From Octopus sinensis (taxonomy: Eukaryota): DNA of 64,000 bases. Position 1 is the first letter of the stretch; the number at the start of each line of letters is the position of its first letter. Shown here piece by piece: positions 25,998 to 38,912 of the stretch. The notes beneath the pieces were generated by a model, which was given only the letters and a program-made list of their open reading frames with translations, did not search any database and had not been told where the DNA came from. A program made the translations under genes and the position numbers. The stretch lies in NCBI RefSeq assembly GCF_006345805.1, contig NC_042999.1:160766001-160830000 (forward strand). The letters run 5' to 3'.

Positions 25998-26389
25998 AAT
26001 ACTCACACATGTATGTATGTATTTATTCCAAGAAGATACATGTGGCAGGTGCACATGCATGGAAAGATGCAAAAGAGCAAACTCAGCATAAAAGCATCCA
26101 AAGACAAGGTAGGGGTGCTCAACTGGGTAATAGTTTGACTCAAACTATCATGGAAATCAAAATGGAAAGTACCAGAACAAATATTGCAAATCATCTCATT
26201 TGATGCCCTACCAAATCTGTCAACCCCTGCTCTGGGCTGTTACTTATTTTATAGACCCTAAAAGCACAAAAGCAAAGGTGACCCCAGCAGGATTTGAACT
26301 TGGGATGCATAGAACCAGAATGAACACCCCAGCAGCTCAGCCAATTTGCTGCCTATATATCAGTCCCATCCATGCCAGCATGGAAGGGC

Positions 26390-28620
26390 AGGCAGGTGTC
26401 TGCAACTTTAAGGTGGAATACCCCTCGGAGGCTTGCCATGTCACGATTGATTACAGTGGCGTCATAGTCTGCGATGCTCTCATTTGTAGGTTGGAGGACA
26501 AGGAAATCTGCCTTGACATTCTGGGTGACTCCAAGCAAGACATGACCTTGGAAGAAGCCCTGGGGTACGTCGAAGCAAAGGTAGAAAACACTCAGCCAGC
26601 CGGCTCATGAGCCACAGCACCACCTCAAGCACTGCAGCCTCCAGTTCATATAGGTGCGAGGAGCAGCACCACCTGATCAATAAATCCAGCGAACCCCATG
26701 ATACACATGCCCCTAGTCCCTGTAGTTACGGCGGAAAACACAGCCATGGATGTCATGTACAGAAATGCACGAGGAAATGCCCTGCCTACAATCACAAAGG
26801 TACTACGTATGGCATCTATGAGAAGGTCTGCTACCAACAATGCCATCCCCAGCAACAGGCTCAAACCAATGCAGCTGGTGTGGAAGAGCACACAACTGCA
26901 ATATTCAACACCCTATGCCTTGTGGTTGACCTCCCAGACAAATCCTCTACCCAAGCAATAATTCTTGACCGCCATGTATACAATGACCTCTGCGCTATCT
27001 GGGTGAAAATGCTCTTCCGACCCCCATCCCTTTGTCACTACCTTCATTCAAGCCAACTCAGCTGACATGAAGGCATTGGGCTTCCCCTGCTTCTCTTTCA
27101 TGACTGACTGCAGCTGTCACAACACTAAGGCAGACACTGGATGCCAGTCATGACTGACTGGGACAAGTCTCCTATCCAAACTGGGTTTGGACTAGTGCCA
27201 TCTTATACTGGTCAACATGAAAATGACTGTCGCGACTGCCATCATTGGTGCCCTGACCCTAGGCATATCTGGGACTGCTGCATTCTCTGCAAAGTGCATG
27301 AACTGTCAAATCATCTATATCATTCCTTCAACTGACACTTTTCTTCTCCAAGCAAGTCTGTGTCACCCTCAGGATGATTCCTCCCCATTTCCCCACGATT
27401 GGAAAAAATTGTGGGAATGTCGGCACCCCGCTGGAAATATCTCCTGCAATGATGATGTAGAATGTATGCAGCTAACCCCTAGGACAAATACCACCCCATC
27501 ATCCCACTTCACTACCATTTCTAGCCACTGAGAACCATGGTCACCTGGGGAAGTGGCTGCTAGAATACTACAGCTCCAGCACATTCAACATCTGTGAACA
27601 TCAGCGACTCCCCAAGATGTCTGGCCCATTGATCCACTTAATAGTAGACCTTGATGTTAAACCAGTCACCTACTATACACCCCTACCAGTCCTGGTTCAT
27701 TGGCAAAAGGAAAAGAAAGCAGGTCTTGATCACAATGCTCAACTTGGAGTTATCGAGCCTGTCCCCATTGGTACACCTGTCACCTTATGCCACAGAATGG
27801 TGGCATGTCCCTAGAAGTCTGGAAAACCTTGACGGACTGTTGATCTTCAGTCTCTCAACTGACACACAGTCTGCGAGACACATTACACCTGATCCCCATT
27901 CTACCAAGCCCACTCTGTACTGCACCACACCCAAAAAACTGCCTTTAACACTTGGAATAGCTACCACAGCATTGCCCTCAATGAGAGGGACTGCCACCTA
28001 ACCACCTTCATCATGCCCTGGAGTCACTTCAGCTATTGCGTTACACCACAAGGATACATTGCTTCATGGAATGGCTACAGCCAATGGTTCAACAAAAGTG
28101 CCCCAAGCATCCCCCAGAAAATGAAGTGCATCAACAACACCTTGATGTGGTTGAACACCATTGAGGAAGCATTCTTTTAGGCTGTCCAATGGCATTATTC
28201 TGAATCCAACTAAGTTCAACTTTGCCCAAACTACTGTCAAATTTACTGGGTTTCAGATCACCCCTACCACAGTGCAACCCTGTGTCTGATATCTCAAGGC
28301 AATCCATGACTTTCCCACCCCTAGGAACATCACCGACATCCACAGCTGGTTTGGGCTGATCAGCCAAGTCTCCTATGCCTTTGCTTCTGCAGAACGAACA
28401 TTACCATTCTGGGAACTCCTCAAGCCAGGCACCTGGTTTGTATGGATAGACCAGCTGAATAGGTTCTTCAAAGAATCCAAATCAATCATCAACGAGATCC
28501 AAAGAGGTGTGGAGATCTTCAACAAAACCAGGCCATCTTTGTCACCGACAGCATTGGCTTTTGGTGTTCCAAAAACATTGTGCATTCCTGTTCCCCTGCC
28601 CATTTTATTGCAAATCTGGC
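26390..28620 (+). mobile_element. Ty3/Gypsy LTR retrotransposon gag-pol remnant
   Basis: gag-like LGDSKQDMTLEEALGYVEAK; protease-like ADTGCQS; RT LGVIEPVPIGTPVT.CHRMV and TW..YHSIAL...TTF..PW.HF.Y...PQG; RNase H-like [13 protein letters not shown]; many stops and frameshifts; LTRs not found. Confidence 0.8.
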
Positions 28621-29169
28621 TGGAAAAATCACCCTGCGTTCCTGACACCAACACCAACGACAAGACTACTTTCTCAACCCAGTTTAACAGCTCCTCATGC
28701 AGCTACACCACCGACACCTCAGGCCTACCCAATGTACCCACTTCCCAACACCAAGACCACCACAGCCAGAAATCCATCTACACCACCTACCCCCAGAGCC
28801 TCACCTACTTCCCCTACCTTCACCACCTCACCTACCTCAAGTATGGTCATATCCAGAGAGCCCTTCAAGCCGTATGACCACAAAACACCCCTAGCCTCCA
28901 AAAGTGGCCCTTGCCTGATGCAACTGCCCCCTCCCCCCCACCATCCAGCAATCGCCCCATTTGTCACTACTCCAGACTGGCAAAGACTGACACAAAAGCC
29001 TGATGCCCAAGTGACATACTACCCCTTGATTGTCACACCATCAACATTAATTAACTGTCTCTCACACTAATTATCTCATTTTCTTTAACCATTTAATACA
29101 TATTATCAGTCTTCTTTACTTCCCTCCAAGAACTTGGGAAGGGCATAGAGGACTACAACTAAACACACA

Positions 29170-29945
29170 TATATTATCATTTATTACATTACAGGAAGAC
29201 ATGGGACGAGGTGGTCAAGCATGACCTTCGTACGCTGAGCCTCATAGAGGCTATGACGAACGACCAAGACCTCTGGAGATATGCTGTCACTTCAAAGACC
29301 CAACAAATGAAGTGAGTTCATGGCTTGCAGTGCTTGAGGAGACCTATTGTGTCAAGTACATCAACATCAAAATATCGAATGGATATTGTAGTTGTGATAC
29401 CCGTGCTGGTGGCACATAGGGCCTCACAGAGGAAATGACAAAGACCGAGACCTCTGAGATGTGCTGTGACTGTGAAGACCCGACAAATGAAGTGAGTTCA
29501 TGGCTCGCAGGATGGCCTGCTGTGCTAACCTTGGATTGTAAAGTGACCTGCTGTTCTTGAGGAGACCTATTGAGTTAAGTATGTCAACACCAACATCAAA
29601 ATAAAAATCAAATGGAAATTGTAGTTAAGATACCTGTGCCAGTGACACATAAAAAGCACCGTCCAAACATGGCAGATGCCAGCGCCACCTTGACTGGCTT
29701 CTGTGCCAGTGGCATGTAAAAAGCACCAACCGACCGTGACCATTTGCCAGCCTCCTCTGGCCCCTGTGCTGGTGGCACGTAAAAAGCACCCACTACACTC
29801 ACGGAGTGGTTGGCGTTAGGAAGGGCATCCAGCTGTAGAAACACTACCAGATCAGACTGGAGCAGCCTCCTGGCTTCCCAGACCCCGGTCGAGCCATCCA
29901 ACCCATGCTAGCATGGAAAACAGGCGTTAAATGATGATGATGATT
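29170..29945 (+). mobile_element. RTE LINE 3' end (duplicated ORF end plus 3' UTR)
   Basis: RKTWDEVVKHDLRTLSLIEAMT.D.DLWRYAV, then sub-repeats and (gat)n tail. Confidence 0.85.
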
Positions 29946-30193
29946 CAATTCGCCATACATTTAATGTGGATTGGTACTTGTTGAATGATGGTGATATCTC
30001 CTGTGCAATGCAATTTCTCTTCATAAAGCCCCTGATTGTTCTTATAATTCTGTGAACATTTCTTGAGATGGTTCCATGTGTGTTCCATAATTATTTTGTA
30101 TTTTGGCATCTTCACCTTCAGTTTCAAATGCTAACATTTTTCCCAATGGAAATATTTTGTTAACTGAATAGCAGAGATCAAGTTGGTAGAAAC

Positions 30194-30224
<31 letters not shown>

Positions 30225-30322
30225 CTTTCCCAGTGTAGAATGAGCAATCCTGCTACTAGTGAGAAAAGTTTCAGCAATTCCAGGTGTGGTCACTCAACAA
30301 CAATCTACACAACAATCTACAT

Positions 30323-30727
30323 AGGCGCAGGAGTGGCTGTGTGGTAAGTAGCTTGCTAACCAACCACATGGTTCGAGGTTCAGTCTCACTGCATGGCATC
30401 TTGGGCAAGTATCTTCTGCTATAGCCCCGAACCGACCAACGCTTTGTGAGTGGATTTGGTAGAGGGAAACTGAAAGAAGCCTGTCGTATATATGTATATA
30501 TATATATATGTGTGTGTGTTTGCGTGTCTGTGTTTGTCCCCCTAGCATTGCTTGACAACCGATGCTGGTGTGTTTACGTCCCTATCACTTAACGGTTCGG
30601 CAAAAGGGACCGATAGAATAAGTACTGGGCTTACAAAGAATAATTCCCGGGGTCGATTTGCTCGACTAAAGGCGGTGCTCCAGCATGGCCGCAGTCAAAT
30701 GACTGAAACAAGTAAGAGAGTAAAAGA
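30323..30727 (+). mobile_element. SINE family A
   Basis: Consensus. Confidence 0.85.
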
Positions 30728-31011
30728 CAAACGGACAAATGCTTACTAAAATTAGGTTAATCAAAATTGTTTTCCCTACCCACCACATACAGAAAAAGAG
30801 CTGCTGATTCTTGCGTACAAGCTGCATGGTTTAGCAAAACGTTGGCAATGAATGCAAAGAATGAACTAAAGCAGGCATGAAACGAAAATATATTCGGGGG
30901 GGGGGGGTAACATTTGTCAGTAGAAACAAAGGAGTGCAAATAAGTTGATAGAAAAGAAGGTATAAGAAGAACCAGCAGCAGTGTAAGAGAGAGGATGCTC
31001 TCTTATAGTTT

Positions 31012-31228
31012 AAGGTGGCGAATTGGCAGAACCGTTAGCACGCCGGGCGAAATGCTTAGCGATATTTCGTCAGTTTTTACGTTCTGAGTTCAAATTCCGC
31101 CGAGGTCGACTTTGCCTTTCATCCTTTCGGGGTCGATGAATTAAGTACCAGTTACACACTGGGGTCGATGTAATCGACTTAATCCGTTTGTCTGTCCTTG
31201 TTTGTCCCCTTGTGGGCAATAAAGAAAT
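31012..31228 (+). mobile_element. SINE family B
   Basis: Consensus head and Deu/Nin-like core. Confidence 0.85.
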
Positions 31229-31329
31229 AGATACTCTCTTATAGTTCCAGATGCAGAAGGTCTAACAAAAACTGAAAACATATTTTGCCTTTGGCTCCTC
31301 CGTACTGTGAGGTCCTAAACTGTATCATG

Positions 31330-31540
31330 CTTAGCTAATGCTCCTCCACTGGTATGGACATGTGATGTGTGTATCAAGGATAACGGATGAGTAAAGAAGT
31401 GCCATGCAAGCTAAAGAAATCTGCAGAAAATATGGGATGAAAACTGATCTCAGAACGTTGTATTTCACAAAGAAGTTGATAAAGGGCTGCGACAAGAAGT
31501 GGAGAATACTCGTCCAACCCACGCAAGCACGGAAAAGCAA
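31330..31540 (+). mobile_element. RTE LINE ORF-end fragment
   Basis: LHWYGHVM...GWVKKC-like remnant. Confidence 0.5.
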
Positions 31541-32633
31541 GAATGAAATGTAAATTTAAAATGCGGAAATACAATTATTTTAGATATTGATCTCCCCCAG
31601 CTGCGAGTCAATAGATTATCACTGCAGTAAATGTTGTTGCTGTCGTGGTCGTTTAGCCCCAGGTCAAGACAGTTTGAGCAAACTTATGACAAAAAGTGCC
31701 ACGGACATGTTCACCCAGTTTTAGTCATACAATGCATCTCAGACTACATTATTTGAGGTGTCCTTCCTTTTTATTAAGACGAGAGCAATGATTTAAGAGA
31801 GTTGATTGTTACTTTCAGCAGTTTGAGCGACCACAGAGAGGCTCCTTCGTTGGCTTCCTAAGGTTATCGCCACAGGAGGTGGTTCTCATGACTGGCAGAA
31901 AATATAAGCTGACAAACTGCCAGAGGCCGATCAAAACTTGTTATGATAGAAGTGGCCTCTACACGACTATTCGGCCTACTAGAAATAGCAACCAAATCTT
32001 TATCAATGCACACCTTATCACGTTAAAAAGGAAAGACAACTTGGACAACACAAGTCTGGGAGTACGAAGAGCTGGGATGGTCACAGCTGGAGTGTCTTTA
32101 TTCATAGGTTTGCTTGATCAGAGTTGACTTTGGGTTAAACAACAACTAGGAAACTATGACGGGAAAGAATAGAGGTAAAAAGCAATTGGGTCCCAGGGCA
32201 TTGGGAAGTTGATTACCGAAACCAATTTGTTAGAAGCAACATATATGAAGTACAGGTGATAGGATAGAAATATGTTTCTTTTTGTAGATCAATGATGGCC
32301 TCGACGCCAGGACACTGACATCAACTTGGTACTGACTGGTGAACCATTTATTTTTGTTTTGGATATTTCAGTAGACAAACAAAGCAGAATTCTCTTTGTA
32401 TTCTTACGCAACAATTGTGTCAGTTTTCAACAAAGAAAATTAAAACATAAATCTACAAGTTTTGATAAGACAACCAAAGATATTATGAATAATTTATACA
32501 ACTTTACATATGCAAAGTTAATGGAAGCGAAATTATATCTTTAAAAAAAACACAATAATACATAAAAATCTGCATCAGTTGTTGAATTCCTAAAACAAAA
32601 CAATGAACATAAGCGATTATTATTATTAAATAA

Positions 32634-33034
32634 GAAGCAGTATCGCCCGGCGTTGCTCGGGTTTGTAAGGGAAATAACTATATAAGCATTTTTAGAGAGT
32701 TACAGCCAAAAAATAGCAAAAAAATGCATTAAAAATGGAAAAAAAATTTGGTAAATTTTTTTTTTAATCGTTGACTCATCGTAGACATTTTTAGAGAGTT
32801 ACTTCCCTTATATAATAGCGAAAAAATGCATTAAAATGGGAAAAAATGATGGTAAATTATTTTTAAAATCGTAGACTCATCGTAGACGCGCGCTAATACC
32901 CAGAAGGGCTCGATATGAATCACGACTATAAGATACCCGAATTTGGTTACACTGCACCGCAAAATGTGGGAGTAGTTAGGAATCTAAATCGAAGGGGACA
33001 GACACTCACACAAATACAGTTTTATATATAAAGA
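32634..33034 (-). mobile_element. Non-autonomous Helitron (H1)
   Basis: gcagtatcgcccggcgttgctcggg ... ttttatatataaaga; terminal CTAG degenerate. Confidence 0.8.
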
Positions 33035-33242
33035 AGATTAGACATTTCGGAAGTCGAAAATTACAAGCTTTAACTACGAATCATTGGTTTTTCTTGATTC
33101 TGTGCGAGATTATTAATTAATCGATGGGAAATCCCACTGGAAAGCAACTCCGATTCCGTTCCGAAGATCTCTCGATAAAGAATTCCATAACAAACAATGA
33201 AGTGAAAACATTGGAAAGAGAAAAGACGAAGCTTTTTTTTAC

Positions 33243-33419
33243 CTCTTCATCCAGACTAAGGTGTTCGATGGTTCCTTTGCCTTTAAATATATCGACACTG
33301 AGCTGTTCGAGGGATACATTGTCTTTGAGTAATTCGCCAAGATAATGATGAAGGAGGTAACGACAAGCCTTTAATTTGGTCTGTTCTGTAAACAGACCAG
33401 AAATCCAGGTTGTCGACAT
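33243..33419 (-). CDS. ATG2: Autophagy-related protein 2, first coding exon (59 codons, chorein-N region)
   Basis: MSTTWISGLFTEQTKLKACRYLLHHYLGELLKDNVSLEQLSVDIFKGKGTIEHLSLDEE matches the recalled ATG2A/B N-terminus (KKRACRYLL..YLG.FL.EKLSLEQLSLDLY.G.G); followed by phase-0 GAG|GTAAAA donor. Confidence 0.88.
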
Positions 33420-33800
33420 GACTAAAAACGTCAGCAGGAAGAAGGGAAGGAGAGAAAAAAAAACAAATGTTCGGATTTCTGTTCGTCTGTTTCACGTACC
33501 ACCGTACTGAATGGCTTCTGTATGGTTCCCACTTTCGTTGTCGATCGCAATATCTGGTTGCAAAAACAGAACAATCGAATTAATAGATGAAAAACAGCTG
33601 AGGTACTTGGCCGTACCTCGACATTTTTCCTCAAAGCTTTCTTGTTTTTCTCAATAAACAAGCGTCGCTGCGCCCCCCTACGGAGAAGGGACGTAACTCG
33701 CTTTATTTATCGTCTGCCAAGTAAGTTGCTTTACTTCGAGGCGAAGAAGTTTGTAGCATCTTTGGGAAGAAGGAGGAGGAACGCAAAAAAAGATAAGCAG
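33420..33800. promoter_or_regulatory. CpG-rich 5' UTR/promoter region of ATG2, possibly bidirectional
   Basis: Non-repetitive, locally CpG-dense segment just upstream of the start codon; plus-strand AA|GTAAGT donor at 33721. Confidence 0.5.
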
Positions 33801-34019
33801 AGAGTCTGTGAGAGAGAGGCAGGGAGGGGAAGGGGGAGGAAGGGAAGGGGAGGGAAGGAGGAGGAACGAAAAGATAAGCAGAGAGTCTGTGAGAGAGGGG
33901 CAGCGGGAGGGGAAGGGGGAGGGGGATAGGGAGGGAAGGAGGTATGATGGAACTATAAATAGATCTGACTTTGTTTACACTTGAAAATATGAAAACAGAG
34001 ACACGACGGTCTTGTATGA

Positions 34020-34023
34020 GAAT

Positions 34024-34055
<32 letters not shown>

Positions 34056-34423
34056 GTATATATATATATTATATTAAATTAGAGATAAAACCACTATTAG
34101 GCAAATCAAACAATGAAAAACATAAGCCAATACATAGAATTAATTTAATTTATATTATTTGAAATATATATAAAAAGTATTAAAAGTTTAATATATATAT
34201 ATATATGTATGTTTGTATGTATATATATATATATGTTTGTATGTATATATATATGTTTGTATGTATATTTATGTTTGTATGTATATATATGTATGTATAT
34301 ATATATATGTTTGTATATATATATATATGTATGTATGCATATATATATGTTTGTATGTATATATATATATGTTTGTATATATATATATATGTATGTATGT
34401 ATATATATGTGTTTGTATGTATA

Positions 34424-34455
<32 letters not shown>

Positions 34456-34764
34456 GTTTGTATGTATATATATATATGTTTGTATGCATATATATATATA
34501 TGTTTGTATGTATATATATATATATTTGTATGTATATATATATATATATGTTTGTATGTATATATATGTTTGTATGTTATATATATATATGTGTATGTAT
34601 ATTATATATATATATATATGTTTGTATGTATATATATATGTATGTATATATATATATATATATATGTTTGTATGTATATATATATATATATATGTTTGTA
34701 TGTATATATATGTTTGTATGTATATATATGTTTGTATGTATATATATATATGTTTGTATGAATG

Positions 34765-34795
<31 letters not shown>

Positions 34796-34815
34796 GGGGA
34801 GGGAGAGAGAGAGAG
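34020..34815. repeat. Compound (TA)/(TATG)/(TGTTTG) and (GA) microsatellite
   Basis: Direct inspection. Confidence 0.95.
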
Positions 34816-36799
34816 AGGGAGAGAGAGAGTAGAAATATGTTACAAAAAGAAAATATAAAATACACGTGAAAATGTAAGGGGAAAATAAGAAAAATCAACG
34901 AAAATGTACATTGTAAATAAAAAAAGAAAAGGCTTTTTATGAAAGGTAATGACAGATATATACAATTAGAAGAACTGAGGTAGTAATAAAAGTCATTATT
35001 ATGAGATGATTAAAAAGTCAAAAAGCAAAGCATACCATGATTTCGTCATTGCTTTGAATAAAATATATATACATATATATATACATATATATATATATAT
35101 GTATATGTATATAATAATAATAATAAATAACAGTTACCCAATTCTTGTTTTATATACAATATATGAAAAATGATTTTTTTTTTTAAATAAAGGATATTGT
35201 TATGAATGTGTTTGTTGAGAAATATAAACAATTAATTATAAAACTACTCAAGGATTTCTATTTACGAAAGCAAATGAACAATATAGGTAAAGGAATTAGT
35301 AAAACAATAATATAATTATAGATAATACAGTAAACAAGAAAATCATTATAGGTCATTATATAAACACGATGTGTGTTTATTGCATAAGACACAGCAGTGT
35401 AAACCGATATTCCGCATTTTTAACATTTGTTGTTTTTTGTTCTTTATTTTATGTTTTTATTTAACTTTTAAGGTACGATCTTCGTTTTGGTGCTGAAGTT
35501 GAGAGCACCTGGCGCACTTATGACTGCTTGGTCGGCTCATTTTCACCTGTTACGCACTGGGGTCGATGTAATCGACTTAATCCCTTTGTCTGTCCTTGTT
35601 TGTCCCTTCTGTGTTTAGCTCCTTGTGGGTAGTAAAGAAATATATATGAATGCTATTTTAATTTTCGTCTGAATCCAGAACAGCATATTTCTAAACAATA
35701 ACAGACAGAGCCAAGTAAAAGCAGTAGAAATAACGAAGGTGGACGTGGATTGAACCTTAAACATTCATTTCTGATTTAGGCACAAGGCCAGCAAATTGGG
35801 CGAAGAGATTAGGGATCTTTTCCTTTTGATGGACGGATTTTGATGGACGAGATCAGTCGATAATATCGATTCCATTTTTTGACCGATTCTCTATTTTCTT
35901 TTATCCCGCAAGCATGAAAGGAAAATCTGACCTCAGCGGGATTTGAACTCTGTGCCGTAACTAAATACTACTAAAACATTTTTGTCTAAGGGCTCTAATA
36001 ATTCTGCCCATCCACTTTGATTTAATTCCTATCGATCCTGAGATAAAATTTCGTCGACTCTTAATTCCCACCTTTTACTCTTATTGTTTGTAAACGTACT
36101 GTTACTAAATGTTTCAATACTTTGCACTGCGCACCAAAAGCCAATGTGAGAGTTTTTCATAACTACCGCAGTATTGTTTGTTGTAAAAGAACATCCACGT
36201 GTAAGTGTGGGGGATAAATATTGAACTCGGTAATTATACCTCTGTTAATAGAGCTTCTGCTGTTGATAAATAGTTTCTTGAAGTATAACTAACTTTTCTT
36301 CTTAACCAGAGCGAAAATGTTTATTTTAAAACAAGATGAACCAAAAAGACTGGTTAAAAATTCGCCAGGGAAATGGTAATAAGATGAAGAAATGACTCTG
36401 AATGAAAGAAAAAGGCAAAAATGAAAACATCTTCGATAACGACAACAACAATAAGTAGTAACAACAGCAGCAGCAGCAATAAAAGATAAAACCAGAAATA
36501 GTGCTGATGAAATGAAGATTTATATACTACTGGTACTCAAAAGAATACGTGTACATATGTACCTACATACACCTATTTAGTCATTCATTTACACTTTGTC
36601 AATACTATTTCTAATCCCATCAACACACACACACATATGTATAGGGGTCATTGTTCGCACTGGTGTCCTTTAGACCACACACTGACCACCTTAACATTAC
36701 ACAAAAAGTACTGGTCCATTAAAACTCGCCTGAGCAAAAGAAACGATGCTACTCAACTGTTCCGTAAACAAAATAACAACATTCAGCATATACATGTGC

Positions 36800-37400
36800 G
36801 CGCGCACAACACACAAACGCATATATGTATCTGAGTACACACATATACATATATGTACACATATGCCTACAAACAGGCATTTATGTATATGAACATATAC
36901 ATTATATGTACACATACGCCTACAAACACACACACACAAACGCATATATGTACATGAACACACACATATATACGTATATGTACACATATGCCGACAAACA
37001 CACACACAAGCAAACACGCATTTATATATATGAACACACATACATATATATACACATACACATACACACACACAAACGCATATATGTACATGAACACACA
37101 CACACACATACATATATGTACACATACGCCTACAAACACACACACACAAACACGCATTTATATATATGAAGACTTTGCCTTTCATCCTTTCAGGGTCGAT
37201 AAATTAAGTACCAGTTACGCACTGGGGTCGATGTAATCGACTTAATCCGTTTGTCTGTCCTTGTTTGTCCCCTCTGTGTTTAGCCCCTTGTGGGTAGTTA
37301 AGAAATATATATATAAATGAACACTCACATATACATATATGTACACATACGCCTACAAACACACACACACACACACACATGTAAAGAGTGATATAGAAAT
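36800..37400. repeat. Compound (CA)/(TA) microsatellite containing a SINE B fragment (37170-37305)
   Basis: Direct inspection. Confidence 0.9.
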
Positions 37401-37427
37401 TAACTACTTGCACTTTGAAACACATTT

Positions 37428-37847
37428 CGGATCTTTTCGGTTTGAACGGCAGTTTTTAACATAATTTCCACGCAACTAAACACTTTTAAACTTCGTATAC
37501 TGGTAGAATGTGTTTATAAAACATCTTTTTCTCTTGGATTTATTGAGAAAATTCTATAGTTTGTAAGATATTTGTTGTTTTTTTTTTTCAATTTCTGCAA
37601 TTTCAACCAATCACTGACGTCTTTTGAGGTAAAAAACATTCTGTACCGTATGAATATGTCCCTCGTTTAAGAAACAGATTGGGTTTATTTACATTTGTGA
37701 AGAAAAAAAGATACCCTTCCCCCCACCCCTAACCCTAACCCTAAAACAGATTGAAATGCAATAAATCGATACTAAGGTCATAATTATGGGTAACAATTTC
37801 ATATGACACCGCTAGAAAAAACTGACGTTCAAACCGAAAAGATCCCA
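37428..37847. mobile_element. MITE with GG...CC termini (Merlin-like?)
   Basis: TIR ggatcttttcggtttgaacggcagttttt / aaaaactgacgttcaaaccgaaaagatcc; cacatttc duplicated on both sides (8 bp). Confidence 0.75.
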
Positions 37848-38079
37848 CATTTCGCAAGCAGTGAGAATTTGATGTCCTTTCTTCGATTGTCATTGAAAAA
37901 GGGAAGAAGTTCAGCAGATATTTCATGGTCGTCACAACTTGAATCATAACATATCTCTCCGATCAAAATCGGGCAACAGCTTAACATATGATGTTGGAAC
38001 AGATATTTCGGCTAATCTATGAGAAAATTTCCATAAGACTATATTTTTCAAAAACTATTAATAATTTGCTTTTCTTTAA

Positions 38080-38299
38080 CCCTTTTGTTACTATATTTAT
38101 TTTGAGATGCTCTGTGTTTGTTTCAATTATTTTGAATATAACAAAGAATTTAGTAAAATAACTTAGTTATCATTAAGCTAGTGTTAGGAACATAAATTGT
38201 GACTAAGGCTTGGTGGAATATTTTAATTCAAAACTTCTGAAAACAAGACATTTTACCACAGAGCCAGAGCTGGTTTTGGCCGGGTTAGTAACAAAAGGG
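38080..38299. mobile_element. piggyBac-like MITE
   Basis: TTAA|cccttttgttac ... gtaacaaaaggg|TTAA. Confidence 0.85.
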
Positions 38300-38527
38300 T
38301 TAAAGCAATTTTATCTTATTTGCCTCACCTAAAAAAAATTGTATTCTATTCCAATTAAAAGGCAATGGAACGACAAAGATCAATCTTGTCTATGATTTCA
38401 GTTAGAAATTCTAAAACTTCCAAAAATCTGCGAAATTGAAATTGAGATTTCTTCCGTTTCAAATCAACCATAGTTGAATCTGCATCATTACACCATCCTT
38501 TAACTGCTTTACTAGCTGATGTTATAC

Positions 38528-38912
38528 AGGAGTGGCTGTGTGGTAAGTAGCTTGCTAACCAACCACATGGTTTCGGGTTCAGTCCCACTGCGTGGCATCT
38601 TGGGCAAGTGTCTTCTACTATAGCCCCGGGCCGACCAATGCCTTGTGAGTGGATTTGGTAGACGGAAACTGAAAGAAGCCTGTCGTATATATATATGTAT
38701 GAGTGTCTGTGTTTGTCCCCCTAGCATTGCTTGACAACCGATACTGGTGTGTTTACGTCCCCGTCACTTAGCGGTTCAGAAAAAGAGACCGATAGAATAA
38801 GTACTGGGCTTACAAAGAATAAGTCCCGGGGTCGATTTGCTCGACTAAAGTCGGTGCTCCAGCATGGCTTCAGTCAAATGACTGAAACAAGTAAAAGAGT
38901 AAAAAGAGAGAG
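38528..38912 (+). mobile_element. SINE family A
   Basis: Consensus. Confidence 0.85.

Noticed and set aside
28507-29070. 187-aa Pro/Thr-rich ORF
   Set aside because: Off-frame reading of the decayed Gypsy region followed by C/A-rich low-complexity sequence
30225-30320. Possible minus-strand exon (…TTPGIAETFLTSSRIAHSTLGK|GT) as ATG2 exon 2
   Set aside because: No resemblance to the expected ATG2 exon 2 peptide and a weak acceptor
33117-33242. C-terminal 41 aa of ORF 33117-33419
   Set aside because: Read-through into the intron after the GT donor; ATG2 similarity stops at codon 59
34205-34898. Several 100-217 aa ORFs rich in Y/I/M/C/V
   Set aside because: Translations of a compound microsatellite
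36697-37425. ORFs rich in C/V or H/T
   Set aside because: Translations of (CA)/(TG) microsatellites
37727-37745. (CCCTAA)3 as an interstitial telomere
   Set aside because: Only three units, and internal to a MITE
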